A DNA stretch of 64,000 bases, taken from Macrostomum lignano. Lineage: Eukaryota. Shown in pieces: positions 49,419-61,747 of the stretch; the first letter of the stretch is position 1; every line of letters starts with the position of its first letter. The notes under the pieces are model-generated. The model was not told where the DNA came from. It worked only from the letters and a program-made list of their open reading frames with translations, and searched no databases. A program made the translations under genes and the position numbers. The stretch lies in NCBI GenBank assembly GCA_002269645.1, contig NIVC01000814.1, positions 376,806-440,805 of the forward strand, read 5' to 3'.

Positions 49419-51500
49419 TTGCAGTTCACAATTGAAAATTGAATGTCAATAAACTTTGCAGGTGCAGCAGAAGCAGTTTTACAAGTCCCGTAGTTTTATG
49501 AGACAGCCCTTCTTGTTCACTGCATCACATTTGGCCATAGACAGCCCATGATTACGAAAAAGTCGATAAACTCGTAAAAGTTTTCTATTGACATTTTTGA
49601 GGTTCTGTAAGTCTATGACTGACCTTTCTCTACTTAATCGTCCATATCTCTTGAAACACAGATTCAAATCTCTTGCAATTGGTGTCATTTTAAAGAAGAG
49701 ACTTGCCGCTTTCAAATGACACCAAGCACATACAAGTGTGACTGTCTATACGTCCACACCAAGCAAAAGTAACACTACTTTCTGGACGCCCCTCGTATTT
49801 TGCTTTAACTTATACTCGTTACATTATTTACTTTGTTGGTTACAAAACTTCATATCAATTTTGTTGTGTTTTACTTCTTGATCTTGACAATCTTTTCTCA
49901 ATTTTGTTTAACTTTACATGGACAATACACTAAAAGACCTGATCCCAATTCCCAAATCCCGATCCCAATCCCGAGAAAAAAATTATTCCCAATCCCGATC
50001 TCGCCCGAAGATTTCAATCCCATCCGACCTCTAGTTGCCAGATCATATTATAAAATTGATGAAAAGCTCAAGTTTTGTTATTCAATCCCTTTCTATACAT
50101 TTCATCATTTCCTCCATTTGAATAATTGTATAGGGCCTAACGCTAACAAAAGTGAATATAGATACATCCCTACTCTTGCTAAGAATTGTGGCTTACAATT
50201 AATTAGGGTAATTGCGCTTCAAAAATGCTTTCACACTGATATGCAAACAAGACTCCTATCTTTTACATAGGAGATTGTATAATGTAAGGGGATCATAAAA
50301 CAAAAGAATGCCAAATTTTTATTGCAGTCTTTCTATCTCCTATTTTTTGCTATGAATTTTTATTTGACCCATATTTTCTAGTGCCTCTTAAAACTATATG
50401 AACTTCAAACTTTGTATGAAATTTTTACCAAACATATATTCAAATATATTCAAAACTTCTAACTGTTGACTGTCCATATTTATTTTAACAAACAAAAGTA
50501 GCACTAAGTCTAAATGGTTAAAATAGATGCCTATTTTTTAGCAGCAAATACTGTTCTTTACCCCAATACGGCAATACATGCTTCATTGCTAAGTATTGTC
50601 TTCATAGGATGCAGCAGACAAACTGTCTACCCTAGGCCACAAGGTCTTTATTTAAAATTAGGCCTAGCCTAAGCCTATTGGCTATTTTATTAGGCCCCTA
50701 TAATAAATAAAATGAGCCTATGACTAGCCATACACAGCACGCAGGCTTATATTGTATTGGCCCCTACTGGTAGTGCTACTATAATAAAAAGTAGGCCTAC
50801 TAAACTGCATACGGTACACAGTATCAATGATTGACCTGATCTGACTAACATATATCTGTCAGCACTCAAAAAGAAAAAAATACGTAATACTGTCAAAAAC
50901 ATTAAGAAAGCCAGGGTTCAAAACGCTGTTCTTAAAGACGTTTTTACAATTTCGTATGGTTGGATTTTAAATCTTATCTCGCCGATTTATTAAAAATCTA
51001 CTTTCCTTTGTTTAAATTGTAAACAATAAAATTTAAAAAAACTTGTAACAAAAAGTATTTTGACAAGCAAGTACACAAGATAGGATATGCTACAAATGAA
51101 AAAAGAGTCAGAAAAGAGCTCACTGGTGTAGCTAAAATATATGAAGTCATGAATAGCTAAAACAGTTATGCAAACTGAAACAGATATATCAGCAGTGTAA
51201 TAAATCCGCTTTTCAGTTGTTTATTCATTGAAACAGATATATCAGCAGTGTAATAAATCCGCTTTTCAGTTGTTTATTCATTTACTGTCTTTTTAATTTC
51301 CTATTTAATTCGTCGTTAATCGCTAGACGTTAAGTTCGTTCGAAGTGTGTTAATGCTTGTTTTTCACGCTTTAAAATATCACGCGCTTTCAAAAATACTA
51401 TATCTTTTTACAAAAATCGCCTATTATGGAGAACAATCCTCAATTATACTAGATATTTGTTACATTGACAAAATAATATTTAACTACCTTTTCTGAATAA

Positions 51501-52556
51501 AGCCATGGATTGCTCGTCTGCATTAAATTCAAAGTTTGCAATTTTGCCCCGCGAGGCCCCCGTTCGCATCGATTGGCTACTGAAGATTCCTTAATTAGTT
51601 GTCTATATGGTTATAAAAAAAGTTGTGTGTAATTGCTGCAATGGGTTGTTTCATACATAGTAAACCCTTCCCTGAGAGCTGTCAAATTGAGTCCGCATTT
51701 CGTCGGTCATGCAGTGTCCTGCAGATGGCTACAATGATTTAAAAAAAGCTGTAAGTACATGTACGTTGGGGCATGCAGGCCAAAATCGTGCACATCAAAT
51801 TTGTAATATGTAAACAACTGCGATGGCTTGTCTTTATTTGCTTATCCTGTCAAAGATGCACAAGGGCTGGCTATTTGGCTCGACAACGTTGAAATTATTA
51901 TAAAACAGATCGAGAATTCGCACCGACATATCAAAAAAGGTACACCTGTGTGAGCTAGCTCCATTCAAGAACGAAAATTTTCTTACTTTGGCACAGGGTA
52001 GCCAAGCTCAGCTGGTACATGAATGTACAGTAAGAGTAGAAAAATATTGAGACCGGGAGCGGTTCAGAAGTACGAAATGGCCCGATTCTCCACTAGTCCT
52101 GCAGCGCTTTGATGCTGAAGACTCATGCAGTTGGACAATAACACCGCGGAGATTTGCATCCATTTGCCAAACGAAGCTTAAAGCAGCTGATTCAAACAAA
52201 AGATCGAAGCCTTATTCTATCTAGAAAGCGACGCCATCGGGTCGAAAGATTTCTAAAGGCCAAGTGTAAAAGGCATTTGCCTCTGGAGTAGTAATTCAGA
52301 CAACTGAGGAGAAGTGCATGTGCGTGGAAAACTGAATGCGAAAGTTTCAAAGAAAATCTATTTAGTTAATCAGCTAGCTATAAAATTGTTACATGTATTC
52401 ATATTTAGGAGACTTCCGTACATAAGAACTGTATCTTACAGTACGTTTTTGCCATAGACAACTAAGGAATCTTCAGTAGCCAATCGGTGCGAACGCGGGG
52501 GCTTCGCGGGGCAAAATTGCACCCCCAAATTTAAAGCAGAGGAGCAATCCATGGTT
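51501..52556. mobile_element. Non-autonomous DNA element with about 110-bp TIRs and TAA TSD (PIF/Harbinger-like)
   Basis: TAA|AGCCATGGATTGCTC...GAGCAATCCATGGTT|TAA; inner arms GCAATTTTGCCCCGCG...GAAGATTCCTTA mirrored. Confidence 0.75.
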
Positions 52557-53421
52557 TAATCATCCCAGCCTGGTTGAGCTCACGATTCTTTCACTGTCCA
52601 CACGTACCAAGCTGATTTTGGAACAATAAGGGCCTCTATATGTGCCATGTACGAGCTATTCTTGCCAGACCAATTAATTGAACGCAGCTAGGAGCCATAA
52701 AAGTCAAAGCGGTATAGCGAAAAAGCTGGCTATAGCGGCCGAGAAAGCGGATCCCAACGGACCGGCTTTGACATCATGCAAAACTGCACATGCTATTCAT
52801 GGAATAATACAGGTTCTTATAATACATCAATGCATGACTTTCTATTCTTTGCTGACATTCATTATTAATTGTCGCGGAGTCAAGAAACTAAACAACATAT
52901 ACTTTTGCTGCATTTTAGTAAGTTTTCTTAGTATAGTAATTAAATTTTACCTTTATTACATAGCTACTAGTATATTTAAAATAAAAGTCTTTTACATCAA
53001 AATCTTCTGGAAGCCTATATTTACATGTACTATACTAAAAAATTTCAGAAAAGCCTGTGAAATAAAACTTTACGGCTCTATCTGTGAATCGAAATGACCA
53101 AGTTAATTGGTAGTGTTGATGTGGTTTCTAATATAGAAAATTTTGCAAAAAACTACACAGCTATCACAGAAAATAACAATCGAAACTGCAGCTGCACCCT
53201 GCTGATCAGTGCTGATATGTGCGAGACGGATACCTTCTATATATATTTATTCTATCCAGAATACATGTACATGTATATTACGATACTAACTATAAGCTGG
53301 AAAGCAGCTTGACACATTCTCAAAGGTATCAAGGCTATAGCTAATCATTACTTTTTAGACAGAAAGTATCTCTTGCAGACAGTTTGTTTAAACCATTTGG
53401 AAACAAAAAAATCTATAAAGT

Positions 53422-55479
53422 TCATCCAAACCTAAGCTGTTTCGCCTGCAAGTCAGTTCGCTCTCGCCATTCCCGGAACCGAGCTCTAGCGCCCATGCTA
53501 GGAAAGTGCAAGTCTAGAAGTTGAGCGCACTTCTCCAATGCCGACATGTTTGGCGCCTGGACTCGGATGACGCGCCTCTCCTCGCCATTCGGACGGCGCC
53601 TGATGCGGTCGGTTATCTCTATGCTACAGCCGCTGCGGGCGGAAACTACCGCACCGCGGCGATCGCAGCTGCCAGGAAAAAATGGCAGCAAGCCCGACGA
53701 GCTGTTCTCTACGTCAACCTCCAGTGTCAGGGGTCGAGCTTCGTTTAATTGCCGACGACTCATAGCGCTGCCGCCAAAGCTGTCAGTGGCATAGGGCTGC
53801 TCAGCGGCTGCGGGAGAGCGGGTAATTGCTATCAGTTGCATTCGATTGTCCTGCAACACAAGCCTATGAGAACTCTTGTTAGAAACGGCCCGTTGTGTCC
53901 ACACTGAATTAGACGAAAGCATCCACAAAAAGTTTTGAAATAGTTTGAGAGACTCGTCAAAGAATTCTTACTCATTGACTCGGCAGAGTTTCCCACGGCG
54001 CCATCAATACCACAGAAGTCACCGCTAGCAGCAGACGCTTCAGGCCCGACATTTTGGGACGACATCAATGGCTGGGTTGGCTGCGGATTAGACGGCTCTT
54101 GATCCCGGTCGGACGTTGTGTCTGGAGCAGCACTACTCAGCCAAGATCGCTCAGGCAAGTCGGGCTGACTCATCAGCACAGGCATAGACACCATGAGCTC
54201 GTTAATCGCTGCTGTAATGTCTTTACTCCGCTTGGCGCAAATATGAACAGCCCGTTTGCGCGCGGTGCCCAGCGTATCCTTTTCCCGTTTGCTGCATTCC
54301 ACCGAGCAGCAGGATACGGTTATGTCCACTTGGCACTGCCGCATGACGGCCTCCATGTCATTTCCGTGCACGAAGCTGATGACGCTCGTCCAGTTTTGGG
54401 GAACGTAAACTGTACGACGAACCGTAGTTTCTGGCTGTGAGGAGTTGAAAAGCTCGAAAATAATGCAAATTATTTTCTTGGAAAGTAGGTGACTTTGTCT
54501 ATATAGCGGCTGTTCAATTAATAGCTAGCTAGCTTCGATTAATTTTAAAGCTTGTCTAGAATTTCGATGCCTTGATCTGCCTTGATCTGATCTGACTGCT
54601 TAAGAAACTGTTTTCAATTTAAATAAAAAGCTGCTTCATAGAATATAATCAAACCTCAACAGCGGGCTGCTTTTCACCAAAAGCAGAACCAGTGGATGCA
54701 TTGGCAGTAGTCTCTTTAATAGGCATGGCGTTTGCTACAATAGGGCCAACGACTACTGGTGCTGCAGTAATTGCCGAGGTGAGACACGAAGAATCCGGTA
54801 CATTGTAAATCTGTTGAGAATGTGGCTGCTGCTGCTGCTGCTGCTGCTGCTGATACTGCATGCTGCTATTGCATGCATTGGAGGCTGGTACAGCAAAATT
54901 GTAGCTTTGCTGCATCTGATGCTGACAACTAAACTGTTGCTGAAGATTGTCAAACAAGTTTTCTGTTGGATCAGGAATCTTCTTTTGACTAAAGCAGCTT
55001 TGACTTTGTTGCTTGGAATGTTCAAGTTGATTGATGCTACTTTGCTGCATCAGTTGCTGCTTCAGCGTCTGATCATTTCTAGCAAGAGGCTCGTGACACT
55101 GATCCAGTTTAGATGTAGGAATCTGCAGGTTGAACGGTGTCATGAATTTCCATGGTTTGTTATATGAAGTTTAAGAAATTTATTCTACACACGGATGCTA
55201 TATGCTCGTACTAAAAAGGTGACAGTCTAACCGCAGATGGTGAGAATGAATCGTCAGGTAGAGACGTACAGACATACTCTGACAGATATACTTCAGGCCA
55301 CTGGGAATTATGAGCAGTATACGAGCGTCTGTAGAAGAGAACAGAAAGAGAGAAGAGAAGAGAAGTCAAAAGAGAAAGCTACGGTCGAACTCACGGCGGT
55401 ATTGCTAGTAAGCCAGCATTCGTCATTGTCGTCGATCTCTGCATCGTTGCCACAAAAGAGTGCACCTTGTTGACCAGGC

Positions 55480-55537
<58 letters not shown>

Positions 55538-55886
55538 GCTGTTGCTGCTCACGTGCTTCAAGCTCAGCTGTAGCAGTCAACGAGCTCTCGGTCTCAGTGA
55601 AGCAGCAATCGTTTGGCTGTGATGAATCTTCGCTGCAAAGTGCATCGCCGCCGCTGCTGCTGCTGCTGCTGCCAGAGTAGGCTTTGTCAAACTCTTCGCA
55701 AGCGCACCGGACAGTCTGGCTTTGCCTCCGGCCATCTTTCGGCCGCTGAGTTTGTTGTCGCTGCTGCTTGAGCTTGTTTGACTTGCTTCGACGAACGCTT
55801 TGCACTTGAGAGTTGAGGTTAAAAGACGCTCTGGTGGACTTTTTATCTTTGTTTGTACGCGACGGTGAAGAGAAGCCGTTGCCCAT
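53422..55886 (-). CDS. PolyQ protein with two degenerate KH-like domains (about 634 aa)
   Basis: Exons 55886-55395, 55122-54655, 54434-53972, 53903-53422 are phase-consistent. N-terminal MGNGFS; beta-alpha-alpha-beta-beta-alpha-like segments RRTVYVPQNW...AVHICAKRSKDITAAINEL and LTLEVDV...RVIRVQAPNMSALEKCAQLL. Confidence 0.65.
55480..55550. repeat. (GTT)n coding microsatellite (polyQ)
   Basis: Within exon 1 of the KH-like gene. Confidence 0.95.
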
Positions 55887-56049
55887 TTGCGACTTGTAGC
55901 TATTCAATTCGTCTAACACCTTTGTTTGTTAAGGCACTGAGCTACGTAGGATTTACTTTAAAACTTGCTTTTACAAGTACGGGCTCCAAAAGTGTTTCAA
56001 TAAAGTCTGGAAATATCTTTGTCCATAGACATCTTTGTCATATAGCGCT

Positions 56050-56833
56050 TATATCGCTTTTGACGCTCTAGATAAGACTTAAGACATTCAAAATAAGACT
56101 GCATAGGATCGCAAGCAAGGCCAGGCTAGCCACGGCCAGAGCAAGCCCAGTCTTGGCTGCAGGGATGGCTTGGCCATAGACTAAAAAATTGAATATCAAA
56201 ATGAGAATAAGACGCTCAATATGAGACCGGGAGTGAACGTAATTTATTTGCTTTTTGGCAGTCACCATACAAACAGCTAAGGAGAAATTAGGCAATAAAC
56301 AAGAAGCAGAATAGCATATCGAAATGTTTAGTCCATCACTGAAGTCAGCCTGGCGGACTGCGTTAGAAGGCCATTCGATTTAAGCACCTGCCAAAGTGCC
56401 TCTGACAGCGGAGTTCCCATCTGGCCGCCTTCTCAGCTGTGATGACGAGGCCGACTGCCTCCCGTGCAATCCGCTCCAGCAGCATGAAGGTTGATCCATT
56501 GTTTACTGCGTCGATCAGATGCTGACGGTCTGCTGCAGGAATCGATGGTGCCATCACAGTGAAATCCAAGGGGTCAGATGCAACCCAAGGGGTGAAGAAG
56601 GAGAGCTGGCTGAGGGTCAGAGGGTTAGAGCGATATCTGAAGGCTTTCACACTCAGTCTCATATTGAGCGTCTTATTCTCATTTTGATATTCCATTTTTT
56701 AGTCTATGGCCAAGCCATTCCTGCAGCCAAGACTGGGCATGCTCTGGCCGTGGCTAGCCTGGCCTTGCTTGCGATCCTATGCAGTCTTATTTTGAATGTC
56801 TAAAGTCTTATCTAGAGCGTCAAAAGCGATACT
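56050..56833. mobile_element. MITE/foldback element with about 185-bp TIRs enclosing a coding-like segment
   Basis: TATATCGCTTTTGACGCTCTAGATAAGAC... mirrored to 56833; identical peptides in ORFs 56068-56295(-) and 56519-56803(+) arise from the TIRs; TA or AT TSD ambiguous. Confidence 0.8.
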
Positions 56834-57719
56834 ACTGCTGCAGGATTTGCTTTGGCTAGTGAAATATTTTGTTTTGGAATTTTGTTTTCCGGTAACAAGG
56901 TTAACTCAAACGTACAATGCTCAACGTACATCTTTAAACAAAAAGCGATATCTTCGCTCAATTCCGATCAATGGCTACTTTCCGCTACGGAAGCGATTCT
57001 CTGCTTTATCAAGTACTTGTTTTTGCTGTTTAGACCTCATCAAAACTGCACTGCTAATAAAAACTATACTTTATCCGCAGTTTCAACCAGTAGTATACGT
57101 TTTTTTGACACAAAGCCGATTTCCTTATGGCGAAATACATAGTAAGTACAGGCCCAAAAAATGGCAGAGTCCGAAATTTCATGTGCACGCAGTCTGAAAT
57201 TCCATGTGCACGCAGTCTGAAATTCCAAGTGCACGCTAAATATCTTTTACGCAACGTGATTATTCAGACGAATTGCATATCCACCTGTCCAAAATACAAG
57301 TAACCGATTCTAGCAATGGTGACACAAACACACTTCAAAGGATTCCATTCAAGACAAATTTACTCCAAAGCTATTCACACATTTCAAGTGTTATTGAAAT
57401 ATTGAAAACTTGTGAATATTATCACCCTTTTGAAGAAAGATAGTAAATGATCTATTCTTGAGTGCCTATAGAATTTTTGCACCAACTTGAGCAGATGGTT
57501 TACAGATACTATGTCAACAACTGCGTCAACATGCTTCTTCTTTATACTATATATATATACGAACACACTGACACAGAAAATATTAAATAACTTAAACCAA
57601 GTTTACATTATACTACTTGTTCAACTATACTTACATCTTAAGTGAAATGAAGCGATCACGTCAGCAGGAATTGGCCGAGCGCTATGTTAAACAAGGTAAG
57701 ATAATCACCTACTCTAGTT

Positions 57720-57945
57720 CAGTTTTCTTTTTTAGATTGACTGTTCGCTATAGTTTAGTTTCTAGATTGATTGTTAGTTCGGTTTCTGTTTAGACCGATC
57801 CTCTGTTTGTTCAGTCTCTAGATTGATTGTCTGCTAGTTCGGTTTCTGTTTAGACTAATACTCTGCTAGTTCAGAATTTCTAGATTGATTGTCTGCTAGT
57901 TCGGTTTCTGTTTAGACTGATTCTCTGCTAGTTCAGTTTCTATAT
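57720..57945. repeat. About 60-bp degenerate tandem repeat
   Basis: TAGATTGATTGTCTGCTAGTTCGGTTTCTGTTTAGAC... about 3-4 copies. Confidence 0.75.
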
Positions 57946-58759
57946 ACATTGTATACATGCACCTATACCAAATTTCCCTCATCTTATCCATTATTATAGC
58001 ATTCAAGAATGGTTTCTTCACGCGGCCACCTCCAGATCAGTGCAAACGCATTTGCCACGACACCACCACATCCAATTCTGCTGCAAGAGCATCATATTCT
58101 ACATCTCTCGCCAGAGTAACCTCGATTCATGTCGAGAGACAGACAACTGAGCTAGATCGCATTTACACAAGAACTGATGTTATTCAGTCAATTAGGCAGC
58201 AATCGAACCCACGACCAACTGACCAACTGCAGTATGCACCACCACCACCATCACCAACCAGCTACAATGACCCACCCAACAAAGCAAACTTGCAGTAAGC
58301 CTACAAGTACCAAACCAACGACAGCAACTGAAACACCATCATCATCAATTGCCATTTCTACCCAAGTTCAACCGCTGCTAAACTCGCCAATTATTGTACA
58401 GAAGGACATCAAGTCTGTAAAAGTCTCTCAAATGAGCACAGGCTTCTACCAAGTAGAATTAGCAAAGACCTGTAATACAACTCAAGTATTTGAATATTGG
58501 GACCTATCTTAAAAAGACATTTTTCTAACTCTTCATAAAATTTTGCCAGCAATGTGTCCAAGTAATTGCTCTTTTAGTATATATCAAACAAGTCTGTAAT
58601 CAATAATATAATCTCTATAAATTCATTATTCTAAAAAATTCTTTCAATTTTATTCACATTCATTGAAATTATTTAATTCAATAAAAAGTCAATATCTTGT
58701 ACAGTCATCATTAAACAAAAATTATTAATCCATGCAAATAATTTTTTTTTCATACGTTT

Positions 58760-59660
58760 CTTTAGCCATGGTCTGGCTTTTGCCTCAACAGTATGATTTA
58801 GCTGTGGTCCAGCTTTTGCCTCAACAGTATGATTTAGCTGTGGTCCAGCTTTTGCCTCAACAGTATGATTTAGCTGTGGTCCAGCTTTTGCCTCAACAGT
58901 ATGATTTAGCTGTGGTCCAGCTTTTGCCTCAACAGTATGATTTAGCTGTGGTCCAGCTTTTGCCTCAACAGTATGATTTAGCTGTGGTCCAGCTTTTGCC
59001 TCAACAGTATGATTTAGCTGTGGTCCAGCTTTTGCCTCAACAGTATGATTTAGCTGTGGTCCAGCTTTTGCCCCAACAGTTTTTAGCCGTGGTCCGGCTT
59101 TTTTGCCTCAGCAGTATGATTTAGCTGTGGTCTAGCTTAAAACTGCATCAACAGTGATTTAGCTATAGTCCAGGCTTAACTACCTCAACGATGATTTAGC
59201 TATAGTCAAGGCTTAACTGTCTCAACAGTAATTTTAGCTGTTGTCCAGACTTAACTGCCTCAACAGTGATTTTAGCTGTGGTCCAGGCAACTGTCTCAAC
59301 AGGGATTTAGCTGTAGTCCGATTAGCTTAACTGTCCAGTTATTTAGCTGTGAGCCAAGCAGCAGCACCCGTCTCAACAGTGAGAATTAGCTATGGTCAGC
59401 TTTACCTCAACTGTGATTTGGCTGCTGTGGTCTAGCATAACTGACTCAACAGTAATTTTAGCTGTAGTCGTCCAGCTTAACCACCCGTCCAGTTTTATAA
59501 CCATGGTCCAGCTTAACCACCGTCTCAACGTACAGCGATTTAGTCGTGGTCCAGCTTAACCGTCTCAACGTACAGTGATTTAGCCATGGGTCTAGTAGCA
59601 ATTAACCGTATCAATAGTGATTTAGCCGTGGTCCAGCTTAACTGTCTCAACACAGTAATT
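58760..59660. repeat. 36-bp minisatellite (TAGCTGTGGTCCAGCTTTTGCCTCAACAGTATGATT), degenerating rightwards
   Basis: Perfect to about 59100, then decays. Confidence 0.93.
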
Positions 59661-60375
59661 TAGCTTAGTCCAAACAGCATTTGTGTGTCAACTGCACTGA
59701 CTGCATGCGGTTATAGCAGCGGCAGTCATTATAGTCCCAACAAGCTGCGCGTCGCAGCATGATAGTGTAACTCTATATAGCTTCTGCTCAATATAGGACT
59801 GCAAAAGCTGAGTTACAACTATACCTTTTTCTGTTTGAAAAGTAACACTCTATATATAGGTTACTCAAGCAATCTCTTGTCACCGTGCGAGCTAAAAAAT
59901 TCCAACATGCAAGCAAAACTTTCAATAAATTAATTTCATAGCACCGCGTGCAGCTTATTTTTACTCTAAAATCCAAGATTGCTAATTTTTCAAGTCGCAA
60001 AATATTTTAATTACATTCTACTTGAGAACAAAACCAATCTAATGAAGCAGCAACCAGCAGTCTTCTTATTAAACGCTTGCCATCGTGTTACTCTTGCAAA
60101 TTTATAACTAGTGTGCCTAAGATTCATTAATTTTATTGTATAAAATATCAACCTACATTTGCGTAAAATTAGACCTAATCATGCAACCCACCCTAGAAAC
60201 TTATGCCACCTTTGGCACGCAACAATGTCTTAATCAGCACGCAACAATTAAATTTGTTTACTAGTTCACAAACAGCATGCAATGCTTGCTATAAATACAA
60301 GACCCGAAATAGTCAATTTTTCATGAGCTCAATCATTACAGCAAAAGAAATACTATATTCAATTGCTTGTAAGAC

Positions 60376-61574
60376 ATGGCAGCTTGCATCAAGACGGAGT
60401 CAATTGTACGCTCCGACTCGAGTCCGATTTTTTACGTTGGAGAGCAGTCTACAACCACGACTGGTTCGTCCTGCCAGTTTCGATCTATTGCGTGGAAACC
60501 ATCAATCGAGTGTACAAAATGGTACCCAATTATATTGCAAACCAAGGCTCCAATGGAGCTTTTTCGTGGAATCGCAGAAAGGCCAGAGCTCGATCATCCG
60601 TCTTGCAGACACGACTCTCGCGACGCAGTAAGTGTCCAATTTCATCCAGACAGCTGCGATAAGGAACTCTTCCACTCTCTCCGGTGAGCACCATATTAAA
60701 TTTATACAATTAATTTTAGGAAACTATATTCATAATTTATATAATGTTTTGCAGTCAAGTCGAAAAAGGTCTATCGGTCAAGTTGAACGAGATTCAAGAT
60801 GCTCGACCCTTGGCACGACTAACAAAACCAGCTCATCAGCATGCTAACGACGTCCTCGAGTTTGTGCCTCAACAATGGCTGGCTATAAAGCCTGCTTACC
60901 CTTGTGCCACAATCAGGATCAGCAACGATCATCCACACGGGAAGGAGGTGTCCATTTCCGATTTCAAAGGTGTCAGCGGTACCTACCAAATGACAGTGCA
61001 AGCAACGAGCTTGTATTGTCCAAAAGGCTGCCTCGTCTGGCGCATTACATTCGCTGTGCGCTCTCTGACACTCATAGAATCTTCCGACAACATGTTGCAG
61101 CGCCTCGACATGTTCAAGGGAGTGCTTGCACACCTACCCGCGACCAAGTCAGCAATTAGAAGCAGGAGTCCGTCCCCAACATCTACCTGTGAGCAAGAAG
61201 AAGCAAATGAACAAAGCCTGCAGAATTCAAGCCAGGTGACACCTGCCAAGTCACCTGCAAAGCGTCGGTCTACCACCACCGTATCGAAGAAGTCGACTAC
61301 ATCGAATGCAGCGCCAGCCTCTATTGAACCGCCGCCTAAAAAGCAAGTTCGAAAACGCAGCGGTGCAAAACAGCAAAACAATTCTGCCGAAGCTGGTGCA
61401 GATGGCACAGACTGGGTGGAGGCTCCACCAGCAAAGATCTTGGTGAGTACACCTGCCTCTGGAACCAGGGTAGCGTCCAAGGAGACAGCATTTTTAAAGC
61501 GTGCTGCTGCGGACGCTACTACAGCTAGCGTGTCTTCATCGGACGACTCGTACAGCAGCTCTGATGATGAGTAA
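60376..61574 (+). CDS. Two-exon putative OB-fold ssDNA-binding protein (NCLDV/T7 gp2.5-like), about 375 aa
   Basis: Exons 60376-60683 and 60755-61574 joined by a 71-bp phase-2 GT-AG intron. YPIILQTKAPMELFRGI...VSVQF...ELFHSLRQVEKGL and GTYQMTVQATSLY...WRITFAVRSL recall the viral SSB pattern; acidic tail SSSDDSYSSSDDE. Confidence 0.5.
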
Positions 61575-61747
61575 CAAAATTTTTGACTAATTTTATCCAA
61601 GTTTTAACTAACTTATTCCACTATATTTATCAAATTTTTGGCTAGGGAAATATTATTTTTTAGGGAAAAGCTCAAAACATTGTTTGCTACTCCTTGTACG
61701 CTAACCAGGTTTTGTAATTTAATATTAGAATTTACGATAGTATAGTC

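Larger units (their letters stand above)
47702..49795 (-). mobile_element. Mariner (DD34D) DNA transposon with about 225-bp TIRs and TA TSD
   Basis: TA|CGAGGGGCGTCC...GGACGCCCCTCG|TA; TIR similarity extends to about 47925/49570. Confidence 0.95.
47551..50033. mobile_element. hAT-like non-autonomous element hosting the mariner
   Basis: TIRs TAGAGGTCGGATG(A/G)GAT at 47551 and inverted ending 50033; subterminal ATCCCG repeats at both ends; imperfect 8-bp flanks CTTGGCAG / GTTGCCAG (6 of 8). Confidence 0.7.
46477..50275 (+). mobile_element. Second, diverged copy of the 42381 element, interrupted by the nested transposons
   Basis: TACTAGCAATCTTC...GGGGACATCTGGATAGAA start, both minisatellites (46610-47030, 47150-47310), and the GAATTGTGGC..TTA.AATTAA landmark reappears after 50033. 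Right end approximate. Confidence 0.4.

Noticed and set aside
51171-51283. About 53-bp direct duplication
   Set aside because: Simple two-copy tandem duplication with no further structure.
56831-57100. ACTACT/AGTAGT hexamers as Polinton termini
   Set aside because: Six-base matches without an extended TIR or TSD are expected by chance.
59700-60000. Cys-rich minus-strand ORF fragments
   Set aside because: Short, interrupted and without a recognisable motif.
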